Shown here piece after piece: positions 1 through 10,170 of a DNA stretch of 64,000 nt. The stretch is from an archaeon (GTDB lineage Archaea > Iainarchaeota > Iainarchaeia > Iainarchaeales > JAAZKV01). Both the position numbers and the translations under genes were made by a program. Position 1 is the first letter of the stretch; each line of letters opens with the position of its first letter. The stretch covers positions 64,491 through 128,490 of the forward strand of contig JBAZUY010000001.1 in assembly GCA_041661245.1 (NCBI GenBank), in the 5' to 3' direction. The notes below the pieces were generated by a model. It was given only the letters and a program-made list of their open reading frames with translations, searched no databases and was not told the origin of the DNA.

Positions 1-900
1 GTAACTAAATGTCCTGAATGTGGAAGCGAAAAGATTAGAGTAGACCACGGCAAAGGAGAAGCTGTGTGCATGAACTGCGGATTAATTGTTTCAGAAGACG
101 AAATGATTGACACAGGCAAAGAATGGAGATCATTTGAGGACAGCGAGGATTCATCAAGAGGCGGAAGCCCAATGAAATATGTAAAACTAAACAAAGGTTT
201 AGTTACAATGATTGATAGAAGAGGAACAGATTTACGAGGAAACAAATTATCTTCAAAAGGAAGAGCACAAATGTACCGCTTAATTAAATGGCACAAAAGA
301 GCAAGTGTTTCAAGTTCAATGCAAAGAAACTTATCAATCGCTTTAACAGAAATGAGAAGAGTTGCATCATACTTAAACATCCCGGACACATTAGTTGAAG
401 CAGCAGCATTACTATACAGAAAGACTGTAAAGAAAGGATTAATCAGAGGAAGATTAATCGAAGCAGTTGTTGCAGCAGTATTGTATACAGTTTGTAGAAC
501 ATACCACGTTCCAAGAACTCTTAACGAAATGGCTGAAGCAAGCGGATTAACTAAAAAAGAAATTGGGAGAACATACAGATTTTTAGTTAGAGAACTAAAT
601 TTAGGTGTTCCATTAACAAACCCAATCCACTACATCCCAAGATTCGCATCAGAACTTAACTTGAGCGGAGAAGTTCAAGAAGAAGGAAGAAGAATCTTAG
701 AAGAAGCTATTAAGAAAGGATTAATTTCTGGAAGAGGACCAACAGGAGTTGCAGCAGCAGCAGTTTACATTGCTGGACTTTTGAAGGGAGAAAGAAGAAC
801 TCAAAAAGAAGTTGCAAACGTAGCTGGAGTTACAGAAGTAACAATTAGAAACAGATACAGAGAGCTGAAGAAGAGATTGAACATCGATGTAGCAGCTTAA
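1..900 (+). CDS. tfb: Transcription initiation factor IIB (TFB); 5' end runs off the window
   Basis: The reading frame is open from nt 1. N-terminal Zn-ribbon CPECGS...CMNCG, two cyclin-like repeats, and C-terminal VAGVTEVTIRNRYREL typical of archaeal TFB. The GTG at 64 in the ORF track is internal. Confidence 0.9.
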   Translation, partial: VTKCPECGSEKIRVDHGKGEAVCMNCGLIVSEDEMIDTGKEWRSFEDSEDSSRGGSPMKYVKLNKGLVTMIDRRGTDLRGNKLSSKGRAQMYRLIKWHKRASVSSSMQRNLSIALTEMRRVASYLNIPDTLVEAAALLYRKTVKKGLIRGRLIEAVVAAVLYTVCRTYHVPRTLNEMAEASGLTKKEIGRTYRFLVRELNLGVPLTNPIHYIPRFASELNLSGEVQEEGRRILEEAIKKGLISGRGPTGVAAAAVYIAGLLKGERRTQKEVANVAGVTEVTIRNRYRELKKRLNIDVAA

Positions 901-914
901 TAAAAAGATTAATT

Positions 915-943
915 GGCGCGCTTTAGGTTAAACTAAAGCCGCC
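915..943 (+). terminator. Hairpin plus T-rich tract downstream of tfb
   Basis: ggcgcgctttag / ctaaagccgcc form 11 bp with one bulge and loop gttaaa, followed by acttttatt. Confidence 0.35.
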
Positions 944-973
944 ACTTTTATTACTACTTCTGGGCGAAATTAA

Positions 974-2098
974 ATGCAAAATTGGACCAATTGGATTTGG
1001 CAAGAAAAAAATTCTATTCAAACAATAAAAGCTCTTGAAGAAAAAATAAATTGGTTCAAACTAAACACATCTAACTCAAAAACAAAACTAAGCATTAAAA
1101 TTACTCCTTATTATTTGAGTCTAATTGATAAAAAAGATAAGAATGACCCTTTGGCAAAAATTGTTGTGCCTTCAGAATTAGAACTAAAAACAAACAATCT
1201 TGAATTAATTAATCCAATTGGAGATGCAGAACAAAATGAAGAAATTAATAACAAAGCAACGGAAATGCTCGTACATAGATACCAAGACAGAGCACTAATT
1301 CTCACTACAGATACTTGCGCAAGTCACTGCAGGTATTGTTTTCGAAGATCGATTGTTTGCAAAGGAAAATTAAAAAACACCAAAAAAGAACTTCAAAAAA
1401 GTATTGGTTATATTAAAAAAAATCCCCACATTAAAGAAGTAATCTTATCTGGTGGAGATCCACTATCCCTTTCAGATAAAAAACTAAAAGAAATTTTACA
1501 AAAACTTTCGAAAATTAAACACGTACGATTAATTCGAATTCACACTCGTTTTCCAGTTTACAACCCTTTTAGAGTAACCCCTAATTTGACTAAATCTTTA
1601 AAATCATCAAAAAAAGAGCTATGGGTAGTTCTGCACATAGCACACCCACGAGAAATAACTTCTGAACTAGAAAATGCAATTAAACTTTTTAGAAAAGCTG
1701 ATATTGCGCTACTTAACCAAACTGTACTTGCGAAAGGAATTAATGATAACCTTGAAATATTAAAAGAACTAAGTTATAGACTAGCAGAAAACCACATCAA
1801 ACCATACTACTTACATTATCCGGATATGGCAATTGGAACAAGTCACTTTAGAATACCCCTAAAACAAGCAATTGAATTACACAAAAATTTGATTGGCCAC
1901 TTGAGTGGCTATTTAGTTCCACAATTAACTTTAGACATCCCAAAAGGCTATGGAAAAATACCTTTGATTCATAATTTTATTAGCGAAATTAAAACTTTAA
2001 ACGAAACTAAATTCATTGAAGTTGAATCGCCACTTGTTAAGGACAAAAACGGAAAGCATAAAAAGAGTTTTTACCAGGAAGTACTTACTTATGATTAA
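974..2098 (+). CDS. KamA-family radical SAM aminomutase (lysine 2,3-aminomutase-like)
   Basis: Radical-SAM CxxxCxxC in TDTCASHCRYCFRR, ILSGGDPLSL motif, and length and layout of KamA/EpmB-type enzymes. Confidence 0.8.
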   Translation: MQNWTNWIWQEKNSIQTIKALEEKINWFKLNTSNSKTKLSIKITPYYLSLIDKKDKNDPLAKIVVPSELELKTNNLELINPIGDAEQNEEINNKATEMLVHRYQDRALILTTDTCASHCRYCFRRSIVCKGKLKNTKKELQKSIGYIKKNPHIKEVILSGGDPLSLSDKKLKEILQKLSKIKHVRLIRIHTRFPVYNPFRVTPNLTKSLKSSKKELWVVLHIAHPREITSELENAIKLFRKADIALLNQTVLAKGINDNLEILKELSYRLAENHIKPYYLHYPDMAIGTSHFRIPLKQAIELHKNLIGHLSGYLVPQLTLDIPKGYGKIPLIHNFISEIKTLNETKFIEVESPLVKDKNGKHKKSFYQEVLTYD

Positions 2099-2116
2099 TT
2101 CGTGTAGTAGCTTAAT

Positions 2117-2524
2117 TTGCCGCACACAATTTTGATGGTGAACACTATGGGAAGCTTTGTTGAACTAAATGACACTCTACAAATAACAAGCGAACAAGGT
2201 TTCCCAAGAGAACTTCAATTAGAAAAACACTTAAAAAAACCTTTTACTGCCGAACAATTTAAGGACAAGGTATTTGAATTTTCAAGCAAACCTAAAATTA
2301 GACTCTACCAACAACCACCAGTTCGCAATTTTCTTGTGCAAAACATTAATGGCAAATGGCTTTATTGGGGATTAATCCACATCGTTGAAATTACTCACGA
2401 CATGACTAAGCAAACCACATCAGGAAAATTTAAAATAATTTACATTTACACTCCTGAAGAAATGAAATACGCACACAAATTAATTGACAGAAACAAAGAC
2501 ACTGACTTTTTGAAAGTAATGTGA
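2117..2524 (+). CDS. Hypothetical protein (start uncertain: TTG 2117, ATG 2135 or ATG 2147)
   Basis: Clean ORF directly after the KamA-like gene on the same strand. No motif recognised. Confidence 0.45.
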   Translation: MPHTILMVNTMGSFVELNDTLQITSEQGFPRELQLEKHLKKPFTAEQFKDKVFEFSSKPKIRLYQQPPVRNFLVQNINGKWLYWGLIHIVEITHDMTKQTTSGKFKIIYIYTPEEMKYAHKLIDRNKDTDFLKVM

Positions 2525-2591
2525 AGTTTGCAAATCCACCACATTTCTATTTTAAAAAAATTTAACTCATTAAATAAAATAATTATTGAAT

Positions 2592-5048
2592 TTAACTTGT
2601 TCTACAATCTGCAGTGTTAGTAATTCCTTCCCATGCAAGCGGAGGATATCCGATTCCCTCACAAATGTTGCTCCAATTCTTATCAGCACCAAATGTCCAA
2701 GCATCCGTTCCAGTGTATACTGCATGAGTAATTGGGAAGAAAGTACTATCAGTTGTTGAATAGAAAGAATTTGTGACTGGGTCTTGGCCAGTATCTCCAC
2801 CAATTAAACCCCCACTCACATAATAACCATCAACCATAATTGGTCCAGTAGCAAAACAATTTGTAACAGCACCATAACTTCTACCAACTAATCCCCCAAC
2901 TTCAATACTCCCACTTGAAGTACCAGTTGAATAGGAATTTAAAATTGGAGGAGAACCATAACCGTACTGTTGACCTGTAAGCCCGCCAATGTTATATGTT
3001 CCAGAAACACTCGCAGTAGAGTAAGTATTAGAAACTCTTCCAGATGTTTGAGCCCCAATTAACCCACCAACATGCCAAGACCCTGACAACCCAGTAACTA
3101 CCCCAGTACTGTAACAAGCATTAACAACACCATAACTATTAATTCCAATTAATGCACCAGTATCATTAATTCCAGTCACATTAGCATCTACGAGACCAAT
3201 ATTTTTTATTGTACCATATTCATTCACACCAAACAAACCAACAGTATTCTGAGCTCTGTTAATATACAATCCATATATTTTGTGCCCCCCACCATCAAAT
3301 GTTCCTCTAAAACCACTAACTGTTTGAAGAGGCCCAATTGGAGCAAACCCATTTCCATCATTCCAAAAAACTCCGCCCGCATGAGTCGCAGTATACATGT
3401 TTAAATCTGTTGTCAGCAAATAGCTTGCCTGAAGATTTAATTGAATGTCATTCATGTCAAGCACATCATCAATCAAATAAGGGGACAACGCAGTTCCGCT
3501 TCCTCCGCAAATATGCCCAAGCGGACAAGAATCACAAGCATCACCAACACCATCCGAATCAGTATCTTTTTGAGAAGTATTTGGAACAGATAAACAATTA
3601 TCACAAGCATCACCAACACCATCATTATCAGAATCCTCTTGGCCAACATTTGAGACCAAAGCGCAATTGTCTTTTGAATTATTCAAATCATCCAAATCAA
3701 TATCCTCGACAAAAACTGGAAGAGAAGAACCACTCCAACTCCAAGGAATTCCCCAAGCTTGTGAAGAAGTATAAACTGCATGAGATGGAGAATACAAAAC
3801 GCTCTCTGATCCAACGTATGTTCCAAGACCATTATCAAAATCAGTAAAATATGAATTTGTTATTGTACCAACAGGAGTAAGATTTGCCCCTAGTAATCCA
3901 CCATAAGTTGAATTCACTCTAAGCCGACTCGTTGAAAAAGAATTAATTATACTCCCGCTACTTAATCGACCACTAATTCCTCCTCCAGAAGAGCCAGCAT
4001 TTACATCCCCTCGTGAATAAGAATTAATTATTCTCCCAAATACTCCCCCACTAATTCCTCCCGCACTACCCATTCTTGCATTAACATCAACATCCGAATA
4101 ACAATTTAGAATTTCCCCAGATCGTTGCATTCCAACAATTCCACCAACATACTGCGCGCCAATAACTGACCCGCTAACAAAACAATTTTGGAGTTTACCA
4201 TAATTAATGCCCGCGATTGATCCCGCAGTAATTCCTGTAGAATTAACGTTTACATCAATTAGTAAAATATTTTTTATAATACTACTATACCCTGGAGAAC
4301 TAAATAACCCCCTACTATTCCCCGAACCAATTTTTAATCCCATAATTTTATTCCATCTACCATCGAGTCCCCCATTAAATTGATTTGTGCCTGTTCCAAT
4401 CGGCACAAATCCGGCCGCAGTATTAAATGGATCCACATCACAATTAATGTCATTCATAAGAACATAATACCCGTTCAAATCATTCCAAATATTATTCAAA
4501 TCATTACAAGTTTGAATTTTATAAATATTTGAATAAGAAGAATCAGCGAATCTTGCGGTTAAAGGAAGAACTGGATTTCGAGCATTATTGGAATCCGCAT
4601 TCAAAACACATTCTACATTAGTAGTATAGGAATATTTTTTTTCAACCCCATACTTTGAACGAGTATAAACAATTAATTCACATTGCTTTTTTTTACTAGG
4701 AGAATCACAAACACAACCTGTTATTCCATTTAAAGAAAATGTTTTTTGCTCAATTTCTCCAAAATAAATATTATCATAAGGAACTTGCTTTCCGCCAAGA
4801 CTTATTTTTTCTATGGTAAGTGAATCCCCCGTATTATTTCCAAGAACTATTATTGCATTTCCAGAAGCATCCAACACTGAATCAGAAATTGAAATCGAAG
4901 AAGTTTTGTCACCCAAAGTAGACATGTTTGTTGAAGTATCCCCCGTATTTGTATTAGAGGACATTATCCCAACCACTACAAGAGAAAGAACAACTACTAC
5001 CCCAATTATTACAAGATACTCAACTGTACCCTGCCCCCGATTAAACAT
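2592..5048 (-). CDS. Large surface protein with class III (pilin-type) signal peptide, GLUG-motif repeats and thrombospondin type-3 Ca-binding repeats
   Basis: N-terminus [28 protein letters not shown] (G|Q site, E at +5, hydrophobic helix). Two blocks of N[CS]Y[SA]TG..G....VGGL[IV]G repeats (GLUG-like). [14 protein letters not shown] and [14 protein letters not shown] match TSP3 repeats. Confidence 0.8.
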   Translation of the reverse strand: MFNRGQGTVEYLVIIGVVVVLSLVVVGIMSSNTNTGDTSTNMSTLGDKTSSISISDSVLDASGNAIIVLGNNTGDSLTIEKISLGGKQVPYDNIYFGEIEQKTFSLNGITGCVCDSPSKKKQCELIVYTRSKYGVEKKYSYTTNVECVLNADSNNARNPVLPLTARFADSSYSNIYKIQTCNDLNNIWNDLNGYYVLMNDINCDVDPFNTAAGFVPIGTGTNQFNGGLDGRWNKIMGLKIGSGNSRGLFSSPGYSSIIKNILLIDVNVNSTGITAGSIAGINYGKLQNCFVSGSVIGAQYVGGIVGMQRSGEILNCYSDVDVNARMGSAGGISGGVFGRIINSYSRGDVNAGSSGGGISGRLSSGSIINSFSTSRLRVNSTYGGLLGANLTPVGTITNSYFTDFDNGLGTYVGSESVLYSPSHAVYTSSQAWGIPWSWSGSSLPVFVEDIDLDDLNNSKDNCALVSNVGQEDSDNDGVGDACDNCLSVPNTSQKDTDSDGVGDACDSCPLGHICGGSGTALSPYLIDDVLDMNDIQLNLQASYLLTTDLNMYTATHAGGVFWNDGNGFAPIGPLQTVSGFRGTFDGGGHKIYGLYINRAQNTVGLFGVNEYGTIKNIGLVDANVTGINDTGALIGINSYGVVNACYSTGVVTGLSGSWHVGGLIGAQTSGRVSNTYSTASVSGTYNIGGLTGQQYGYGSPPILNSYSTGTSSGSIEVGGLVGRSYGAVTNCFATGPIMVDGYYVSGGLIGGDTGQDPVTNSFYSTTDSTFFPITHAVYTGTDAWTFGADKNWSNICEGIGYPPLAWEGITNTADCRTS

Positions 5049-5068
5049 ACTAAACTAATGTTTCCAGA

Positions 5069-5077
5069 ATATAAAAA
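5069..5077 (-). promoter_or_regulatory. TATA-like box for the 2592-5048 gene (leaderless spacing)
   Basis: Minus-strand tttttatat lies 21-29 nt upstream of the ATG at 5048. Confidence 0.35.
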
Positions 5078-5110
5078 TCTAATTTTTAGTTAATTTTTTA
5101 AGTAATTAAC

Positions 5111-5119
5111 TTTTATATA
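5111..5119 (+). promoter_or_regulatory. TATA-like box for the 5142-6098 gene (leaderless spacing)
   Basis: ttttatata ends 23 nt before the ATG at 5142. Confidence 0.35.
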
Positions 5120-5141
5120 CTTGGAAAAACACCATAAAGTA

Positions 5142-6098
5142 ATGAAAAATAAAGCACAAGTATTCTCACTAGAACATACCCTCTTACAAGGACATTCTTC
5201 CATTCGGGGGCAAGGAGCAATAGAATATTTACTAATAATCGGCGCTGCAATACTTGTTGTAGCAATAGTTACCCTCGCAATTACCTCTTTACTTGGCCAA
5301 GGCCAAACTCAAACTACAAGCGGAGCAAATGAACAAGGCAGTGCGCTAGGAGGATTAACAAGTCTTGCTTACGTAACAGTGTCTGGAAGTAATTATCAAA
5401 AATCAGATCCGATTGTAACTTCACTTAAATCAATGTGGACACTTAATGATGCAAGTACAATTACTGATTCGGTTGGAGGAATAAATGGAACTTGTGGTAC
5501 TGCATGCCCAACATTAATTAACGGAATATCAGGAAATGCATTTCATTTCACAAGTGGAAACACTGCACCTGAGCAATATATACTAATAGATAATATTCCA
5601 GCACCTAACGAAGTAACATATTCTACATGGTTTAGAACTTCGAGTACTGGGTACATTTCATCATTTCGCACATATAATGACCCAATATCTTTAGATCCGG
5701 ATAATCCAAATCATTGGAGAGGAAGCTTAAGCATCGATGCTTCAAACTATTTATTCTGGGAGGTTGGCTCTTGGACAAGCGCAGAATGTCCTTCCAACTC
5801 CTTGCACCTGCTCAAATCAAAAGAACCGATTACATTTAATGAATGGCACATGGCAACACTCACAGTGGATTATAATCCATTCATTGGAAAATTTTATCTT
5901 GACGGGGAATTACAAGCTACCCACAATGACGGAAAAGCATGCAGCAATAATTCAAACTATTTGTGGTTAGGAAGAAGAAAAATACTCGGGCAAGGAACAC
6001 CAACAAATTTTATTGGAGATATTGATGATTTTGCAATTTGGGATAGACAACTTACAAGCGATGAAATAAAAACACTTTATACTAATGCTAAGAAATAA
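5142..6098 (+). CDS. Class III signal peptide protein with LamG / concanavalin-A-like lectin domain
   Basis: IRGQGAIEYLLIIGAAILVVAIVTL pilin-type signal. C-terminal EWHMATLTVD...FYLDGEL...FIGDIDDFAIWDRQLTSDEIKTLY is a classic LamG_3 signature. ATG 5142 is preferred over TTG 5121. Confidence 0.75.
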   Translation: MKNKAQVFSLEHTLLQGHSSIRGQGAIEYLLIIGAAILVVAIVTLAITSLLGQGQTQTTSGANEQGSALGGLTSLAYVTVSGSNYQKSDPIVTSLKSMWTLNDASTITDSVGGINGTCGTACPTLINGISGNAFHFTSGNTAPEQYILIDNIPAPNEVTYSTWFRTSSTGYISSFRTYNDPISLDPDNPNHWRGSLSIDASNYLFWEVGSWTSAECPSNSLHLLKSKEPITFNEWHMATLTVDYNPFIGKFYLDGELQATHNDGKACSNNSNYLWLGRRKILGQGTPTNFIGDIDDFAIWDRQLTSDEIKTLYTNAKK

Positions 6099-6162
6099 TT
6101 AATTAAAAAAATAAAATAAGCAAATGGTTTTTACCAAATGCTTATTTCAAATATTATCCCAC

Positions 6163-7158
6163 CTACTCGCGAATAGTTTCTTTTATTTTTGTTCCAAAGT
6201 GCATTCCTGCTTCCCCAACTTTAACAAGAACTTTGTCCCCAACTTTGAGGTCAGCTACAGAAATATGCTTTCCATCTTTTTGAATTAATCTAATTGTTTC
6301 AGCGTTTTGAAGAACAACTCCGGATTTATTTCCGTTAATTTCTGCTTCAACTAAAAGCAAAGGTCTTGTTTCAATTTTATTTCTCCCGATAATAATATTT
6401 TTTGCTTCCCCTTTGTAATTAATTGAAAGAGCTTCATCTCCGCTTTTTAATTCCATGGCATATTTTGTTTTTCCTTCGGGCAATAAAATATACGAATGAA
6501 CTGCACCGGCATTAACTCTAAAAGGACGAGTTGCACAATACTCAGCCTCATTTGATTCTGATTGAATTAAGAAAAGCATTTTTGGAGAATTCCCAACAAG
6601 CATTCCTTCCCCAACACTCATTAAATTACAAGTGTCAATGCAAGTTCTTTCTCCAGAACCAAGTACTTTTACTTCGGTAACAGTCGCCTCAACTAAATCA
6701 ACTGTGCCTGCACTTTTTGAAAATTCTTTTACAGCCGCCATAATCTCCGCTCGGTTTTTTGGTTTGATTATTACTCCTTTTACGCCTTGTTCCATCACAG
6801 AAAGCATTGTGGAAATATCTTGAACTCTGCAACCAACATAAACATTTGATGATTTTGAAATTAAATTCTCAAGAGGAATTATTTTCCAATCAGTAACATA
6901 AGCAATTACTGAACTTTTTTTTGCATACTCAAGTGCTTTATTTTCTTCTTCTTTTTTTGTAATTAATTGTTCAAAAATATCTTTTCCCAAAACTCTATCC
7001 CCGTCTTCGGAAATAGTTTCAATTCTCCCGAGTTTATGAACTTGTTCGGTTGTACCTTTTGGAACGATTATTGTTCTTATCCCCGCTTCAAGAGCAGAGG
7101 TAACAAGTTCCTTTTTGTAAGGTCTAATGTCAATGATTAATTCTTTTCCTGTTGTCAT
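6163..7158 (-). CDS. aroB': 3-dehydroquinate synthase II (archaeal type)
   Basis: Family-typical N-terminus (KELIIDIRPY..ELVTSALEAG) and C-terminus (GMHFGTKIKETI). Adjacent to the ADH synthase gene, as in archaeal aro clusters. ATG 7158 is preferred over TTG 7176. Confidence 0.8.
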   Translation of the reverse strand: MTTGKELIIDIRPYKKELVTSALEAGIRTIIVPKGTTEQVHKLGRIETISEDGDRVLGKDIFEQLITKKEEENKALEYAKKSSVIAYVTDWKIIPLENLISKSSNVYVGCRVQDISTMLSVMEQGVKGVIIKPKNRAEIMAAVKEFSKSAGTVDLVEATVTEVKVLGSGERTCIDTCNLMSVGEGMLVGNSPKMLFLIQSESNEAEYCATRPFRVNAGAVHSYILLPEGKTKYAMELKSGDEALSINYKGEAKNIIIGRNKIETRPLLLVEAEINGNKSGVVLQNAETIRLIQKDGKHISVADLKVGDKVLVKVGEAGMHFGTKIKETIRE

Positions 7159-7204
7159 ACAAATATCACCATTCAAAATATTTTTAATTTACTAAGTTAG
7201 CAAA

Positions 7205-8065
7205 CTAATGCGCACTTTTTGCATTTGCTAACTTAGCAGAAACTTTTTCATCCTTAAGATCCGCTTCTTTCATTGCAGCATCCACCGAATAATTCTTGTG
7301 AAGGATTAAAGAAACTGCTTTTATTATTTTTTTTGGCTCTTTATGCTGGAATGCATTTCTACCCATTGCAACTCCTGCTGCGCCAGCATCCATTGCATCT
7401 TTTATCATTACAAGAACATCCTTATCAGTTCCTTTACATCCACCCGCAATAATAACTGGTACTGGACAACCAGCAACTACTTGCTTGAAACTTTCCTTAC
7501 TACCCGTGTAATTTGTTTTAACAATATCTGCTCCAAGTTCTGCCCCAATTCTTGCCGCAAGCTTTACTACTTCCACATCTTTTTCATTTTTTACTTTTTC
7601 TCCTCTTGGGTACATCATCATCAAAAGCGGCATTCCAAATCTTTTACAATCTCTAACAACTTGCCCCGCTTCTTCCATCATTCTCCCCGTGTCAGCTGCA
7701 CCAACGTTAATGTGAATTGAAATCGCATCCGCTCCAAGCGAAACAGCTTCCTCAACAGTCGTAACCATTACTTTGTTTAACGGATCAGGCGAAAGCGAAG
7801 TTCCTGCACTTAAGTGAACAATCAAACCAATATCAGTTCCACCCCCGCGAAAACCGACACCAACAAGTCCTTTATGCATTAAAATTCCATTTGCTCCAGA
7901 TTCAGCAATCGTAGAAACAGTTTCTTTAACATCAATCAAACCTTCAATTGGACCATCACTAATACCATGATCAATTGGGACAATCAACATTTTTTGTGAT
8001 TCTCTCCCCATTATTCTTTGCATTCTAATTCTTTTTCCAATCATCATTCCATCCATTTTTTTCAC
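7205..8065 (-). CDS. aroA': 2-amino-3,7-dideoxy-D-threo-hept-6-ulosonate synthase (class I aldolase, DhnA/FbaB family)
   Basis: GKRIRMQRI...[15 protein letters not shown] (Schiff-base Lys region), IAGG...GRNAFQH. Paired with DHQ synthase II. Confidence 0.8.
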   Translation of the reverse strand: MKKMDGMMIGKRIRMQRIMGRESQKMLIVPIDHGISDGPIEGLIDVKETVSTIAESGANGILMHKGLVGVGFRGGGTDIGLIVHLSAGTSLSPDPLNKVMVTTVEEAVSLGADAISIHINVGAADTGRMMEEAGQVVRDCKRFGMPLLMMMYPRGEKVKNEKDVEVVKLAARIGAELGADIVKTNYTGSKESFKQVVAGCPVPVIIAGGCKGTDKDVLVMIKDAMDAGAAGVAMGRNAFQHKEPKKIIKAVSLILHKNYSVDAAMKEADLKDEKVSAKLANAKSAH

Positions 8066-8362
8066 CAGACCATTTATTTATACACTTTGGAAGAACTAAA
8101 ACCTTCCGGAGCTATATTAAAACAAATTAATTGTTCGAATACGACTCTGGGGATTAGTCCAGAGTCTATTCATAAAAATAGAAATAACCAAAGTAAGAGC
8201 TAGAATTAACACCTGCTGAAACAGCACTCATTGAAACTAACTCATCCATTACTAATAACATTCCTTTCAACCTTTATAAACACTAACAAAAACTACCTGT
8301 AACAAAATATACACCCAAAAGAAGCTTACATATGCCTCCAAATTGCCAAGGACGGAGGCATC

Positions 8363-8370
8363 TTTATATT
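8363..8370 (+). promoter_or_regulatory. TATA-like box for 8393-8689 (leaderless spacing)
   Basis: tttatatt ends 23 nt before the ATG at 8393. Confidence 0.35.
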
Positions 8371-8392
8371 CTTAATCGTTTTACATATTGTC

Positions 8393-8689
8393 ATGAAGAC
8401 AGGATTATCAAGTTATTTTGATTCAGCAAAAAGATGTTGCATGTTATGCCACACTTATAGAAACATTAAACCTAGTGAAGAGCAAAAAGAAATGGCAATG
8501 GCTTCAACTAGAAAAGCATATGACACTTTAAGAGAAGCATTTGAAACTTTGAGAGCAGAAGATGCCGAAATGGGCAAACTTGACACAGTTCGAGCAGCAA
8601 AAGTTCTTTGCCTTGATGCAATGGATGCATGCGGAACATGCGATAAGCAAAGAGCAAGAATAAGAGAGATTTTGGTCGATATTAAGTAA
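8393..8689 (+). CDS. Hypothetical small Cys-containing protein
   Basis: ORF with a suitably spaced TATA box. No family recognised. Confidence 0.5.
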   Translation: MKTGLSSYFDSAKRCCMLCHTYRNIKPSEEQKEMAMASTRKAYDTLREAFETLRAEDAEMGKLDTVRAAKVLCLDAMDACGTCDKQRARIREILVDIK

Positions 8690-8762
8690 ATAAATATTTA
8701 CTAATTAGCCAACTTTTTCTAATTCAAGTATATTTTAATACTAAAATAGACCTAATTCTAAC

Positions 8763-9428
8763 ATGCTAAAACAAGTATTGAAAAGAAGTGCTATTAGAAC
8801 AACTATTAAAGTAAAAAAGGCTATTCAGAAATTTAGAATTGGTTCTTATTTTGCAGGCAAAGCAAGACACCACGAAAGCGCAACAAGATTTGCTTATGCG
8901 GAATTTGGAAGAGGATTACTTTCAAAAATAAAACCAATTATTATTTCAAAAGGAACTCCCATTGGAACAACCCCAAATGGAGCAGGCAAAAGTTTTGTAG
9001 TAATGCCCCTTGGAGGAACTTACGAAGCTGAACAGACAATTGGAGTGATTAAAGGAAGCGAACCCAATCATTTTTCAAGACCACAAGCATGGTTAGGACT
9101 CGGATTTAAAGAAAACGCAGTAATTGTTGAATCAATGCAAACAAGAAAAGAAGCAATACCTGCACTTAATGCATTTAGAAGAGCAACAAAAAAACAAGCA
9201 CTAAATTTTATGTTAAAAGAAGTTGAAGAAAAAGCGCGCGAACTTGGGTTTAGTGAAGTAAAAATCAGAACACCAGAAACCTTATTCTTTTTCCATTTTC
9301 CACACAAAGTTAAATCCCCAACATTAAGTGATAAACAAATACGCGCACAAATGAAAGTGTTGTACGCAAGAGTAGCAAGCGCAGAAGGATACAAACGAGA
9401 AGGAATATTTTACGTTAAAAGATTATGA
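8763..9428 (+). CDS. Hypothetical protein
   Basis: Clean 221-aa ORF with a basic N-terminus. No motif recognised with confidence. Confidence 0.5.
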   Translation: MLKQVLKRSAIRTTIKVKKAIQKFRIGSYFAGKARHHESATRFAYAEFGRGLLSKIKPIIISKGTPIGTTPNGAGKSFVVMPLGGTYEAEQTIGVIKGSEPNHFSRPQAWLGLGFKENAVIVESMQTRKEAIPALNAFRRATKKQALNFMLKEVEEKARELGFSEVKIRTPETLFFFHFPHKVKSPTLSDKQIRAQMKVLYARVASAEGYKREGIFYVKRL

Positions 9429-9440
9429 CGAGTTGATTAA

Positions 9441-10169
9441 ATGCTAAAAAGAATTACAACCCCAAAATCAAAACTAGTGACTAGTTCTAAAAGAGGATTA
9501 TTTGTTACCGCGAGAACTAGGACCTTTCTTAAAAAACATCCACAAATATTGGGCTTAATAAGAAGAGCAATAAAAGAAAAATTTGATAACACCAAATCAG
9601 TTTCTCAACTAAAAAAAAGAAAAGCAGTTTTCAAATATGACCACACAGGAACTTGGAAGGGAATGGAAAATTATGGGACTTACAGTGTACAAATTGGATC
9701 AAAAAAATGGTTTGTAAAACATGAAGTCGGAGGAGTAGAACACCTTGCAACACTAATTGAAAGATTTAATGCAACAAGGAAAATGATTAAAGGAATGCAA
9801 GGAAAAGTACATGGATTTAATGTACGTTTAATAGAACCTGAACTAATTTATGCTCAATCTCATACCCCTTTAGGAGAAGTATTCCTAGCAACTAAATTTT
9901 TTGAAGAACACAGAGTAAAACTAGTCTCAGACCTGTTTGCTGAAGCGGGACTTGTGAGCAAATTTTCAAAAATCCGTCTAGTAATCCCCCAATATGATAA
10001 AGAAGCACGAGAGTTAGCACTAAAACTAGGAGTTGCTACTGCAAGAATAGAATCCGAAATGGGAGCACAGGTAAAAACTGGAGAAGACCGCCGACCTAAC
10101 CTTTTTTATGAACATAAAACAAATACTATTTGGATATTCGACATGGGCGGATCAACAAAGATGATATAA
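9441..10169 (+). CDS. Hypothetical protein, weakly kinase-like at the C-terminus
   Basis: GEDRRPNLFYEHKTNTIWIFDMG loosely resembles the D..N...D catalytic segment of protein-kinase-like folds. Weak evidence. Confidence 0.45.
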   Translation: MLKRITTPKSKLVTSSKRGLFVTARTRTFLKKHPQILGLIRRAIKEKFDNTKSVSQLKKRKAVFKYDHTGTWKGMENYGTYSVQIGSKKWFVKHEVGGVEHLATLIERFNATRKMIKGMQGKVHGFNVRLIEPELIYAQSHTPLGEVFLATKFFEEHRVKLVSDLFAEAGLVSKFSKIRLVIPQYDKEARELALKLGVATARIESEMGAQVKTGEDRRPNLFYEHKTNTIWIFDMGGSTKMI

Positions 10170-10170
10170 T

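Noticed and set aside
64-900. GTG 64 as the start of the TFB gene
   Set aside because: The frame is open back to nt 1, and the upstream residues (VTKCPECGSEKIRVDHGKGEA) form the first half of the conserved TFB zinc ribbon. The gene is truncated by the window edge.
3338-3847. 169-aa His/Gln-rich ORF on the plus strand
   Set aside because: It lies entirely antisense to the well-supported GLUG-repeat gene (2592-5048). Its low-complexity composition mirrors the Gly/Val/Asp codons of the real gene, so it is a shadow ORF. The same reasoning applies to the other antisense ORFs in the track (for example 4813-5058, 7343-7720, 21625-22161, 36077-36511, 36573-37043, 55458-55853, 56406-56801, 61339-61677).
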